A stretch of 64,000 nt of DNA, from contig OZ024742.1 of assembly GCA_964016885.1 (NCBI GenBank), positions 158,162,001-158,226,000 of the forward strand, given 5' to 3'. The DNA comes from Eledone cirrhosa. Its lineage: Eukaryota. Position 1 is the stretch's first letter. Each line of letters starts with the position of its first letter. Below, one piece after another: positions 26,250 to 41,617 of this stretch. Position numbers and translations under genes: made by a program. Below the pieces are notes generated by a model, which saw only the letters and a list, made by a program, of their open reading frames with translations, did not search any database and was not told the origin of the DNA.

Positions 26250-26880
26250 AAAGGGATACACGGTGATCAGCCAATATAAGTATGGACTCGTACTAATGCG
26301 ATCAATTTGAGACCTCCAGATTAGCAATGAATAGCATCAGTTTTAGGAATATATGGTTTTTGATGAATTATGAAGAGTTGAGAGTAGTGACGGCAGAATG
26401 ATCAGTAGTGAGAATGATGTTGAAGTAGACTTGAAGGCAGTAAGAGATTTGGGCGTATATATAGATTTGTGAAATAAAAAATAGGTCTATAGAATTAGCA
26501 TTCTATCAATGACCCTTTCTCCTTCTCTAGAAGAAATCAGTTGTGGTCAAACCTGGAGAGGTTCTGGGTTCCGCCACGTTCAAAGTAACCGGTGTACATC
26601 TTCAAGCTTTCCCTACGAGTCCAAATATATGTATACAAACATATGAAATTGAAATCAAAATGATTATTCGAAAAATGACGAAGGAATTTGCCATATTTGA
26701 GCTCTTTAATTGCTCACAGGACCTCAGCCTCCGAGAGGTTAGTCTTCGCCTCACGATGCACCTTGTGTATCAGACGATGCTGGTGTAACCGATCATAACC
26801 TGTCAGGGTTGTAATAATCCAGTTGCAACCTGTTGATATTTACTCCTGGACCCTCTATGGAATTACGGCATGCGCAACAA
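26250..26880. mobile_element. Very old LINE relics (Tx1-like RT fragment on minus, RTE-like fragment on plus)
   Basis: 26260-26300 resembles 37505-37550, which matches the Tx1 RT end. The remainder is GC-richer and coding-like but broken. Confidence 0.3.
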
Positions 26881-27619
26881 TTGTTAATGTTTGGGGAATA
26901 CAAACTCTCAGTGCATTAGTGATAAATAAATAAACATATTGCCGGAATCTGAAATAATAATTTAATAAATCCCTATAAATTTATTTTTATAGATAGCGTC
27001 ATTCGTATGGCTGATTTGAAATGTCTAAATAACTTTATTTATGTGAAATGGAAAGGAATATTAACACTTAAATATTTATTTAAATTCCAGGTATTAAAAA
27101 AAATAATTGCAGTGTATGTGACAGAAGAGACACACAAGTGAGAATTAAAACCACATTAATATTCGGTTGACTAGGACTGTGTTATTATAATATTAGCTGA
27201 ATTTGAATAATCATGAGGTTGATGTCGTTGGTGTATATACATACATGCATACACACATTCATGTAAGCATACGTACGTACGTACAAACATAAATGCGTAC
27301 GTACGTACATACATACGTACATACGTACATGCATGCATACATACGTTCATACATACATAAATACATACATCAGTGCATACATACAAGCATACATGCATAC
27401 ATACATACATCGTTGGCTACGTACATACATACATACATACATACATACATACATACATACATACATACATACATGTATATATATTAGTGTGTGCGTGTCC
27501 GTGTATGTGTGTGTGCTTAAAAATATAGGAAATCTTGAAATCAGGACATAGCTGTGAACACATCTTAGATAATCAGTTAAAATACCCCTATAAACGGAAA
27601 AGAGTGAGCAACTGTTTCA

Positions 27620-28330
27620 ACAAAGAATCGAACTTTGTACGTTGTGGGATTGTCTCCTGTATAGGCATCCCCACATGGTGGATGTCGAATCGACCGTTTG
27701 TATATTGGCATTCTCCCTTCGGATAGCACAGCGGAGAGCACTGGAGGTTTATCGCCGAGGTGTGGGATTTAAAGGAGGCAATTCTAGGTCAAGTTATTGG
27801 GCTTTCTGGACATGGGCTTGTTGTTTCGCATTGTTTATTAATTTCCATCTTGCCGAACTGCCTGATGTGGGTAACTCTACTCCTGACGTCACTGCAACTT
27901 GTGTGTGTGTGTATGTGTGTCTTTCTTTTCGTTGTATCCTCTTTTAGAATTGTTGTGGAAGGCAGATCTCTGTTGGCCATATTTAGCTAGATGTCGACGT
28001 TAATATTGTCACTTTCTATGATGTTCAGTCGTACGTCGAGAAAGGCGAGGAGTCGGGAATCAGAAGGGTGCACCATCCTCAATTGTATATGTTGGCTGTC
28101 TTGCGGTAGGATATGAGGATAAGAGCATTGTCTGCAGATCCCGTGAAAAACGCGCAGGGAATTGCTTGATACCCCGTGAAGCCTGGCAGTCTGTCAAACA
28201 TATTGTTGATGACAACAGGGTGTAGAAGCTGATCAATATCGATAAAGATGAGGCTGAGGCAGTGTAGATTGGTGGATTGGACATACACTGTCAGTATATC
28301 TGGAGCCCCGGGAGTGCAGGTATCGAGTTG
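27620..28330 (-). mobile_element. Decayed GC-richer retroelement relic, possibly LINE ORF1-like
   Basis: Compositional shift and short minus-strand ORF remnants (LIFIDIDQLLHPVVINNMFDRLPGFTG). No diagnostic motif. Confidence 0.25.
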
Positions 28331-29475
28331 TATATAGGGCTAAAAATGTTGCATCTGAAAACATACTTGTTTTTTCTTATGGACAGGAAAAAAAGTGGCA
28401 CGGAGCTACTACAGGTAATCAAACACCGTGTCTCTTGAATTCTGGACCAATGTGCTAATCACTATGCCAACATGGCAACTAACCGCAGCCTTCTCCGAAT
28501 TAGGAAGTATATATAATAGGTTTTGCGGCAAGATCTGAAAGTAAAGTTTTCTTATGATTTTTTGATACGTTTGAATGATTTTAAATTTGAAACGTAACAA
28601 TCCTACACAGAATTGCTATAAGTATTACTAACTTTAGAAAATCTAGTAAAAGACTATATATAGTGGGCTTTTAATGTTTTACTAGATATAGCTTTATCTG
28701 TCAATGATAAAAGAAAATCCTCGCAGTTATTATTTAGTAATAGAACAAATTGTTATATGAGATCACAGACATTCCTGCTGTGTCGATTCTTCAAAGACAG
28801 ATAGAGAGCTACGAGGTCTAAGATACTATTTCCCGGCTTAGGAAGTGGATGTGTAAATAAATACACAATTGACTGCTATTTTAGCATGTCGAACAAGGAA
28901 GTAGAGACATCAGTAAGGACGACACAAGGAAATACACATTATAAAAATCGTGTTTCACAGTAAATACATTTACATTTATTCAAATACTCTACTCTCTACA
29001 ATAAATATTTTATTTTTGTGTAATCACAAATAACCATGATATGACTTGATTATTCTGTTGTATTTTAATTTATATCCATCAATTTAAAACAATGTGTGTG
29101 ATGAAGATATTTTTTAAGAGAAAGAACAAACAACAAGAAATAAACACACCAAAGGACCTGCTAAATCAACTCAAGAACAAACATCTTTAGTTATTCTTAT
29201 TAATTAGCGGTCAGTAATATAAAACAAAGCAACAAAGTAAAGAATGCACCGAAACCTAAACTACCCAACCCAACAAAACATTTCTCATTATATTGGATAT
29301 TTGATAAACCGATAAAGAGAGGTAATAAGACACCCGCAACTATATATGTGTGTGGCATGTGTGCGTCTGTGTCTGTATTTATGTATGTATGTATGTTTAT
29401 ATATATGTATGTGTGTGTGTATATGTAAATATATATACAAATATATATATATACATATATATATATACATATATA

Positions 29476-29526
<51 letters not shown>

Positions 29527-29533
29527 ATATATG

Positions 29534-29591
<58 letters not shown>

Positions 29592-30310
29592 TGTCTGGCT
29601 GGGTGTGTGTGTGTGTGCGTCTGTGTATGTGTGTATATGACTGTGTGTGTACGTGGGGGCGCTTGTATGTGTGTGTGTGTTACGTTTTTATTGATTTGTC
29701 ACCAGTGGTGTGGATATATCGTGTGAAACCATATTTCAAAGATTGGCATTTCTCATCAAAGAGCTGTCATCAAAAACGCATTAAAATCTCTTAAACTCTT
29801 TAAACCTTTGCTTAATGTCTGATGATAGAAAATAGAGATGTTAAAGTGAAAATTATTTTCTTAGACATTAGGTATCCTAGCCATTCTCTAAATGTTCGTC
29901 TTAATTATTGTTATCAAATATCAAAGCCGGCTGCTTCATTTATAACCAATATTTTAACGGCTGAAATTGATGTCAAGATTCTAAACTATCATAAACCATA
30001 TACATACAACTATATGTATACATATGTAAGTAAGTTTGAGAGAGTATGTACGTGCGAACACACAAATAAATTTAGTTTAGTGTATTTATTTCGATATATT
30101 TCGATATTTGATTATATTATATAGTGTGTGTGATTACAAGCCCACATAAACATACATACACACCGGTACACACGCATACACACGTACACACACACAAGCA
30201 CACAGACACAGACACAGACACACACACACACATATATATATATATATGTATTATGTATGTATGTATGTATGTATGTATGTATGTATGTATGTATGTATGT
30301 ATGTATGTAT

Positions 30311-30590
30311 GGTTAAGAGAGTGGGACTGGCTTTGTGCAGTGCCTTTGCTCAATGTAAAAGTTTCACGGCACAGGCATTTCTTTATATCTGGAGATCTCT
30401 CTGCACTTGTCATCACATGGTACCATGGGTCCAGCACTATGTGTCAATAATTGTCGCAAGTGTAGTGTTTGTACCAGAGTTTGCAGGTTGCTGGCTGGAC
30501 TAAAAAGTCACACTTGTTCAGCGCATCGGTAGGGTTCTCCTACATGGATATAAAGTAGTGGCCGTACTCGAAAACTAGTTGGCAGCCACC
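30311..30590 (+). mobile_element. 5'-truncated RTE-like element 3' end (C2H2 finger + 3'UTR) embedded in (TATG)n
   Basis: Encodes CSVCTRVCRLLAGLKSHTCSAHR*. Matches 39791-40070 and 46560-46712. Confidence 0.7.
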
Positions 30591-30601
30591 ATGTATGTAT
30601 G

Positions 30602-30663
<62 letters not shown>

Positions 30664-30707
30664 CATCTATTTATATATACACACATCTATATATATAGGT
30701 GTATTCC

Positions 30708-30767
<60 letters not shown>

Positions 30768-30772
<5 letters not shown>

Positions 30773-31055
30773 GGAAAAAATGAAACGATATTTCAGGAAG
30801 GTATACGTTGCTGACGATAGCTAACAAGCTTGAAACTAGTACAGCGTTCCTTTGTCAGTGTTGAACAAACGAGCAACGGTGGTTGCTAGACACTACGGCT
30901 TAATACGGGATGTTTGTTTACAAACACACCGAGCATTATAATAAATATTCGGTGAATCCATACGTGCATATATATATGTGTGCATGTATGTATATATATA
31001 TATACATACTACTGTACGTCGGTATACATATATGTATGTACGTATACATACTTAT
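30768..31055 (+). mobile_element. Second copy of the hammerhead-bearing pLTR-like element, with a short inverted tail at its 5' side
   Basis: 30795-31055 matches 25366-25620. 30768-30794 is the reverse complement of the tail at ~25233-25260. Confidence 0.7.
30805..30847 (+). ncRNA. Minimal type I hammerhead ribozyme, intact core
   Basis: ACGTTG-CTGACGA-T-AGCT-AACA-AGCT-T-GAAA-CTAG-TA-CAGCGT: 6-bp stem I, 4-bp stem II and palindromic CUAG stem III. Confidence 0.82.
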
Positions 31056-31163
31056 ATATATATATATATATATATAGTAATAATAATACATTTGAAGACT
31101 AAAATCTAAAGAGGGCTCGATAAGGATAAATATATATCAAATATATAAGAACCGTTAAGCAAT

Positions 31164-33112
<1,949 letters not shown>

Positions 33113-33312
33113 CTGCTTATACGCATAGAGCTTAACTAGCTACTGTCGCATATTTGGTAGGTCAGGCGTGATCATCGCGATTCACGTACGACCTACCATA
33201 CATCTTGCTTATATATATATATATATATATATATTTGTATGGCTGCATGGAAAATGCGTTCGTATGCAGTATGCCGGTTGACTACTCGATCCTCGCGCAG
33301 AGCAGAGTATGA

Positions 33313-33474
33313 TACTTTAAGGTTAAGGAAAAAAGATTCCGTGTTACAATATATAATATATCAGTGTTGCATCTATAATATACCTTGCCTCCAGCTGATC
33401 GATAGAGAAACATATGTAATATGATATTAAATATGTTATGATACAACACTGAATCCTTGTTCCTAATCCTTATA

Positions 33475-33477
<3 letters not shown>
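33313..33477. mobile_element. MITE-like element with ~33-bp imperfect terminal inverted repeats
   Basis: TACTTTAAGGTTAAGGAAAAAAGATTCCGTGTT...AACACTGAATCCTTGTTCCTAATCCTTATAGTA, TA-flanked. Confidence 0.5.
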
Positions 33478-33549
<72 letters not shown>

Positions 33550-33655
33550 AACAAGTAAGACCCGACGGCTTGTTCCTTTTACCCACTCTACTACCCTAAG
33601 TATTGAGTACTTTGGTGCGTTATGGTCCACTTGGTTCCTTACCACATTTCCTTCG

Positions 33656-33702
<47 letters not shown>

Positions 33703-33759
33703 TATAGTAGTGAAAGAGTGAGGAATAACATGGTCAGCTGTATAAAAAGGGTTTTATTT

Positions 33760-33858
33760 AAAGTATTAACAATTTTTTCATTGATCAGGTGAGTCTAAAG
33801 GCCGATAATCATTCGACCTTAAATACAGTGTTTGCCTCTGATCAAATCATCGGAATAT
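33760..33858 (-). ncRNA. Decayed type I hammerhead with extended stem II
   Basis: ATATT-CCGATGA-T-TTGATCAG...CTGATCAA-T-GAAA-AAATTG-TT-AATAC. The core U is mutated to C. Confidence 0.5.
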
Positions 33859-34641
33859 ATAAATATATATATATACACCTGAGTTTGAAAACAATTTCTG
33901 CCGAAAAAAACTATATCTTTGTGTAGACCCTGCTGTATACACAGCTTGGAATTCTAAAATTGTGACCATAATTATACTTATCAAGATATGCATCAACGGC
34001 ACTTTTGTGTGTGTTTGTGTATTAATATGTGGTGGCATTTTTAAACAAACAATGCCCCTTCCTTCGATTCCCTGTAACTACATAACTATATGGTCACAGG
34101 GGTAATCTCAATAAATATGCCTTACTCCACAATGTTTAATCAGTACACTTAAATTTTAATATTTTTATTTTCGTGTTGAGTAGAGAATTTCCACTCTTTT
34201 TAAAGTTATTCCCTAACATTTTCCTTTTTACACGATGCTTCCGGCAAAATGATGGAATTAAAGCACTCTTTCTTTAACTACGCAACTCATCTTTTATTCT
34301 TATGTTTTCTTTCTCTTGTGGAACGGTTGCCTCAATATGAACATAACAGGAGTTAGTGATTCGCCTAATTGATCTATATTTCCTGACGAGATGAGGAGAG
34401 GTGTTTATGCCATATGAATAATTGATTGATTAATTAATTCATTCATTTTATTGGTACTACATCTCTCCTAATTGAAAGGATCGTGGAAACATGGTTTTAA
34501 CTGACTAAGGACATAGGTGTTCCTTCTGAATTGATTGTTCTGTGATTTTCATCACCTTCATCTACAAATACACATTGGATAACACCTGGATGTTGATTTC
34601 TGCATAATTTGATCTGAATAATGAATTAGTGGATTCAATTA

Positions 34642-34697
<56 letters not shown>

Positions 34698-34802
34698 ATA
34701 CATACATACATATACATATATATATATATATTATATTATATATGTGTGTGTGTGTATGTATACATATGTATATACATATATGTATATATATGTGTGTGTG
34801 TG

Positions 34803-34843
<41 letters not shown>

Positions 34844-37499
34844 ATTTAAACAAATATAACTTTGATATATATATATATGAACTTACCGAGCGTTTCGATG
34901 AACACATTTGGATGTATGTATGTATATTAATATTAAATATACATACATGAATGTATGTATTTTATGTACATAAAAATAAGTGATATATTTCCTAACTTGA
35001 ACAGCTAAAGCTTTGGCAATTCAAATGGCTGGTTTAACTGCACACGCAAAACATTGTGTGACCTCTAGGGATATTCCTTAGAGCGTGTCAACACAAGGTC
35101 TGCTTTGATAGAGTTCTTTTTAGTTACCCCATGTAAAGAATACTGCAACATTGATCATCATTACGGAGCTAGTAAATAGGGAATGAAAGGAGTAACAAAC
35201 GTAATCATGAGTAAGTATATTAATACATGTAGCCGAAGATGAAAGTTTGAACATTGGTCTTTATAAATAGGATGTAAGTAATCTATAGCGAATCTCACCT
35301 TTCCATATTCCATCGCAGGAATGGAACATAGCACTGGAAGAATAAAATGAATTCACTAATAAATAGTAGGGTTTTCGTTAAGGCGATGCATTGCAAATAA
35401 AATTAGACAGATGCTATTGTGGTTAAACGATGACAAAAAAATAAAATAAATAACGTATTTACCCAATATATTTCTTCATGATATTTTAGGTTTGATGAAA
35501 AATATATTACGTAAAACATTATTATGCTTTGTTTTATCATCCTTTTATTGCAGTCTCATCTTTATTATTCTATCCACATTTTACCGGCGTTCCGAATACA
35601 CTGTTATTTATTACTTACTTACAATGCTTCATGTAAAATACAGCAGTGTATATACCAATGTTTTTTGTGATTAATCCCAACTCATACCTTACCAATATTA
35701 CATGATCGAAAGTGTTCCAGGCGAGGCCAATCTTTTAAAATGCTTTCGGTTGTTCTTTGAAGGGAAATGGGCTGCACATTATGGCATGCTGAGTAACGCT
35801 GAAGTAGTTTCGTGATTGGATTTCAAAATTGTGTGGTCAACGTTTATCAAGCAAGACGTATGACCAAATGTATTCCAGGCCTGACTATCCGATTTTCTAT
35901 TAGTATGTAAGATTACATAATCGAAGAAATCATTTCCTTATTTGGAATGGAAGAAGTATATTTGAAGAAGATTTAGCTGCTATTTATAGCAAAGTGATTG
36001 ACTAGAGTCACCCCGTAGGCTTGGTTTCGTCAACGTTTTCAGTTTAACTACTGTGCACAGTGCTCAGTTAAACTACATGGCGTGGTATGATGTGATGATA
36101 TGGTATCGATTGGACCATGTAATCTAACAATCTATGTATAATAGTATGATGAATAGTTTTAGTTTTGCTTCAATTTCAATAGATAATCTCCATTTAACTG
36201 GTATTTTGTTAGCTCCTTCGAAAATGTAAACAAATTTGGGAAATGTGCAATAAACATTTCTACAAAACGAAACGACATTCGTAGATTTGAAATCACTATA
36301 TATGATAATTTGTCATATCTTATTCCCGCGTCTACAATTTATGTACCCTTGGTAGTGTTGAAATCAATGAACTATATTGTATTTCTGTTTATTTGAGAAG
36401 ATCAAAGCACCAAAGTAGGAATTAACAGACATGAAACTTTCTACGTATCCATTCCTAATACGCAGCAGCGAACAATTCATCATTTTCATTGCGGTACAAT
36501 ATATGAAAAAAAAAATTACGTGCTTTTTTTTTCTCCCACTTATGTTACTACACATGATCTTTCCTCACCTTAACAAAATATTTTTTCCCCCAAAATAAAA
36601 GGTCATCTTTCTACTATCTCTCTGAAATAATAAAGTTTCTTTCAAGTTTAACGAAAAATGTTATTATATTTTTAGTTTCTGTTGTATTTTATTATGATTT
36701 TAAGATTTAAATCTTGGTGAAAAAGAGGGTAGTCTCTACCTCGATATCTATGCATCAGTATTGTTTTTGTTATTTACGGCTTTGGCACTGAATTATAATC
36801 TTATTGCGTTATGTTTCTAAGGTATAAACTAAAAAAAAACACCTACTTGGAAATAAGAAAACCTCAAGATACTATATTTTCGGAAAACAACAGAACACGG
36901 CAATAAGATATTCTCATATATCAAAGTTAAAAGAAACGGTTTAACTCATGATTAAATCTCTTGTATATTATATTGATAATAGTGCTACCATTTATATTGG
37001 CCTCACTTTCTCTAGTGATCTCAAAGCTTGCTATATAAATTTGTTCAAATTCTTCGGCCCATTGCCCTCCCCGTGTTAAACATATATTTTTCTACCCTTT
37101 TAACACAAAACACCAAATATAGGTATTCGAAATTAAATTTGCTTTTACAATATACCCATATTTCTCGTTTTTATTGAGCTGGGTAACGGTTATTCTGTTT
37201 CATTTTACCATACATGGACAGTTAACTACTAAGATACTCTCTAATTAAAATCAAGATTACTGTTAACTATGTTGATTAACGTCGGTGCAGATTATTTGAG
37301 CCTTATATATACTCTTTAAATTACAGAACTACACAATACGTAATTCTATGGCCGGCTTACGCTGTCAGATCATGACGCAAGATAATTGTTGATTTAATCA
37401 GATATGGTGAACATAAAAGATTTATAAGATTTTGTTTAGTAATCGCTACTGGGTTACAGCAATATATAAACAAACGATTGCGATCAGACGTAGACTAGA

Positions 37500-38450
37500 A
37501 CATGACACGGTGATCAGTCGATAGAAGATGACGGACTCGATGTACGCGTTCAACAACACTGTCCGACGTTTCAGAGAATGCCTCCTCTCAGCCTAATTCT
37601 GGGTGAGAGTAGTCACCCTGCTCGTTACCTCACTGCAGCTTTTGTCTATTTGGAGGTCTGGACCAAACCAGCCGCCAAGCAATTTGATCGGTCTTCCATC
37701 CAACGCCTGACAACGTTGCTGGACAGCATGGACTCGCCTCTTCGTGTGTCAAGCTGCGTGCACACAGGCTTTTTCTGGTTAATTTTTGTTCTTGTCATCC
37801 TTTCTTTTTCCCTGAGAGCAGTGCTTTTCAAATCAATATGTTTGCTGCTCGGCACCACAGCGTTGACGTCATCGGCATATACTAAAGCGGATCTTCCACA
37901 TCCTAGTTCGCTTGCGATGCCTCTCAATGTCTCCAATTTGAGTAGGACTAGCTCAAGTGCCAATACATACAACATTCGTACTTCACATTGAAGAATTGAT
38001 CGAACGCCAATCTCGCTGTGAAGACATGGCTGCGATGCCTTCTCTAATGGCCTCTTCTAGCTGTCTAAGTAGCTCTGCCTCTAGTATTGTTTTCTACTGT
38101 TTTGCTACACTTGATCGATTCTACTCGAGGGCGAAACACCATCTGTTGTTCACAACTACTTCCGTCCACACCCGCTTAACTAATTCATAAATCCGGTTTT
38201 TGTAATATTTGCGCGCCGGAAACGACGCGTTCGGCTTCCAGTAACCAGATACTTCTCTATAAAGCCTATCTAAGCCGACTCAACCGATCAAACAATTATG
38301 GTCTGTATAATCAACTACTCTGAATTATGGACAACTTATCTATTTCTCTATGGATAGATAAGTCTAGTATAGATTCTCTACAATTAAAAGTAGTCGACTA
38401 CACAGACCATAATTTTGTGATGTATACAATCGACTTAGATACAGATCACA
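37500..38450 (-). mobile_element. Old, internally deleted Tx1 relic related to copies 1 and 2
   Basis: LYVLALELVLLKLETLRGIASELGCGRSALVYADDVNAVV matches copy 2 RT. The GYWK region is at ~38235. Confidence 0.8.
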
Positions 38451-38466
38451 ATCTTCGATAGGATTT

Positions 38467-38610
38467 AATAATTGTTTCTATTTTAGGCACAAGGCCAGCA
38501 ATATCACCAGTGTATTACCGGTACTTTATTTTATCGACCCCGTAAGGATGAAAGGCAAAGTTAACCTTGGCGGGATTTGAACTCAGATCATAAAGGGACG
38601 TAACTCTATG
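38467..38610 (-). mobile_element. tRNA-derived SINE, truncated
   Basis: Reverse complement of the family core and tail. Confidence 0.82.
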
Positions 38611-38614
38611 CGAA

Positions 38615-39720
38615 TAATGCAACCTATATTGGCTACGACGTTCTCGAAATATATAGGAATGGAGTTTAGCCAGGATAAATCTCCATATGTGATTAAAGCG
38701 AAGAAAATCTACAGCCCAATCTAGCAACATCTATAAATGGTCTGATTATTTCACTGGTATCTGAGGTAGAGTGCTACAGATACTTAGGGATATATGAAAA
38801 TATATCCTATGATGAAATTTCTAACAAGGAACGAGTTATTATGGAATATATCATCTGAATAGGAAGAACCGTTTTTCTGAACTCTCTGCGCACAATAAAT
38901 CAATAACCTACAGTGAGTCAGTTGTGCCTATACTGACTCCAACAGTTTGACTGCTTGACTGGACACTTTAAAACCATAAAAGTTCTACTCGCTAACGGGA
39001 ATTTCCACATCAGTAGGGACATACACCGCTTCTACCCAAAAAGTAAACAGTCCAAACATCATTTGAGTTTCGAAACATTTATGAAACACTAAGTGTTCAA
39101 TGCCATCTATAGAACAAATCTGTCTACATGAAGCAGATAGTGGGGGGAAGGAACGCCTTGAGAAATATTCCCTATATGATAAATAAAAACTCACACCCAA
39201 GGATATTGCACAGCAATACCACAATGAACCCATGGATGAAATGCTGCATAATTATAAGCAAAACATTACGCATAGCTATGTTGCCAGAAATCTTCAAAGT
39301 AAGAGTAATATAAATGAGAAAATTAGTCTATCTGGTGAAAGATATGCTTTTCCAATCCAGAAACAGGAAACCATTTCAGAAATTCAGCATGTAATAACTG
39401 CGTATATACATGTATAGATACATAAATATACATACACGTTCACATACAACTCAAAACATACAGATCTACAACATGCAGTAACACCGATACACGCACACAC
39501 ACACGCGCACACACACGCACACACACACAGACAGACACACACACACACACACACATACACACGCACACACACACGCACACACAAACGCATACAGACACAA
39601 ACACATACAGTCATACAGTATTTTCATAGCTGACGTCTGAACTTCAATGAATGTTAGTAATACGCTCTCTTTCTATAAGGGAAAGTATATAAAATAATAA
39701 ACCCAGAATAATATTCCTGC
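38615..39720 (+). mobile_element. Decayed, deleted copy of R4/Dong-like family B, ending in (CATA)n
   Basis: Colinear with 49920-51613 (e.g. TGCTACAGATACTTAGGGATA, TATGTTGCCAGAAATCTTCAAAGT and 3'UTR ATAAACCCAGAA). Confidence 0.78.
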
Positions 39721-39790
39721 ATACATACATACATACATACATACATACATACATACATACATACATACATACATACATACATACATACAA

Positions 39791-40355
39791 GGTGGCTGCC
39801 AACTCGTTTTCGAGTACGGCCACTACTTTATATCCATGTAGGAGAACTCCTACCGATGCGCAGAACGAGTGTGACATATTAGTCCAGCCAGCGACTTGAA
39901 AACTCTGGTACAAACACTACACTTGCGACAAATATTGACAGATAGTGCTGGGCCCATGGTACCATGTGACGACAAGTGCAGAGAGATCTCCAGATATAAA
40001 GCAATGCCTGTGCCGTGAAGCTTTTATAGTGAGCAAAAGCACTGCACAAAGCCAGTCCCACTCTCTTAACCAAGATGATATTTACCAAAAAGAAGAACAA
40101 GTCAACATCATTGGATACCATCAGGGTTGCAGGTGTTATATCAGAGTTTTCCTTCTCCTAGAATTCTGCCTTGACAAAGGCTAAGGGGTCATCTCTCCCG
40201 GTGATTTTGGATGGCCATCGACTCTTAAGGTCTCCTTTGCCCTTTGACAGGTTTTGTTTTTAGTCCTGCAGGATGTCCAAAGTCACCCTCCTCACCAAGA
40301 AACCTTGGTGAGGTTGCCAGTTTAGTCGGCAACGACCCGACCATGGGACAGGTCA
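39791..40355 (-). mobile_element. Internally deleted (bipartite) RTE-like non-autonomous element between CATA arrays
   Basis: Structured 5' leader containing the RTE-5'UTR-like motif CTAGGAGAAGGAAAACTCTGA, joined to the same C2H2/3'UTR segment as 30311-30590. (TGTA)n tail. Confidence 0.6.
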
Positions 40356-40599
40356 TGTATACATACATACATAAATATACACATACATACATACAATATA
40401 TATATACATATACATACAATATATACACACATATACATAGAATATATATATACATACACATACAATATACACATATATATTCATACAATATATATATATA
40501 TATATATATATTTTACGCGATCGACTTTCGTCAAATCGGACCGAGGAAACAATGTTTCCGTTGGTCTTTCCAATTGCTAATACTATCTATCGGTCGCAA

Positions 40600-40726
40600 C
40601 TCCAGGTAGAAGGAGCAACGTGAAATAAAGTGTCTTGCTCAAGGACATAACGCATCGCCTGGTCCAGGAATCGAACTCACAACCTCAAGATTGTGAATCC
40701 AATTCTCTAACCACTCAGCCACACGC
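40600..40726 (-). mobile_element. Second tRNA-derived SINE family (CORE/V-like domain), 3'-truncated
   Basis: A-box TGGCTGAGTGG, B-box GTTCGATTCC, then GTCCTTGAGCAAGACACTTTATTTCAC. Confidence 0.78.
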
Positions 40727-40945
40727 TATGTATGTATGTATATATATATGTATATTGTATGTATGTATATATATATATTGTATGTATGTATATATAAATA
40801 TTGTATGAGTGTATATATGTATATGTGTATGTATGTATGTATATATATGTATGTACGTATATATACATGTATGTATGTATGTGTATATGTATGTTTATAT
40901 ATATATTGTATGTATATATATATGTATGTTTATATATATTGTATG

Positions 40946-40977
<32 letters not shown>

Positions 40978-41020
40978 TATATACATATGTATATATTTTT
41001 ATATAAATATTGTATGTATG

Positions 41021-41085
<65 letters not shown>

Positions 41086-41420
41086 ATATATACATATACA
41101 TACATACAATATTTATATAAAAATATATATATATGTATATATACATACATATATACATATATATATATACATACAATATATATAAACATACATATATATA
41201 TACATACAATATATATATAAACATACATATACACATACATACATACATGTATATATACGTACATACATATATATACATACATACATACACATATACATAC
41301 ATACATATATACACTCATACAATATTTATATATACATACATACAATATATATATATACATACATACAATATACATATATATATACATACATACATACAAT
41401 ATATACATATACATACATAT
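40727..41420. repeat. Palindromic microsatellite mosaic centred on (TA)n
   Basis: Unique interruptions (AAATATTGTATGAGTG / CACTCATACAATATTT; ATGTACGTA / TACGTACAT) mirrored about ~41055. Confidence 0.82.
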
Positions 41421-41552
41421 ATGTAAAAGTTATATTTAAATTGTTGGGATACAACAAGTAAATATTTTTATAACTGATATAAAGCACTCAACAAGTATTC
41501 GGTGTAAACATACGATATAAACAAATGGAAACTATATTTATAAAACCATATT

Positions 41553-41617
41553 TATTTCATTATACATATTTCAAGGACACCAAGTTAAATTATGGTGTGC
41601 TTTCATCAGACAAAATA
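41553..41617 (-). ncRNA. Type I hammerhead ribozyme in the PLE tail, intact core
   Basis: TATTTTGT-CTGATGA-AAGCACACCA-(10 nt)-TGGTGTCCTT-GAAA-TATGTA-TA-ATGAAATA. Stem I 8 bp with two G-U pairs, stem II 9 of 10 bp. Confidence 0.78.

Noticed and set aside
40655-40726. tRNA gene
   Set aside because: A and B boxes are present but run into a SINE core with no acceptor stem. It is a SINE head, as are the other B-box hits.
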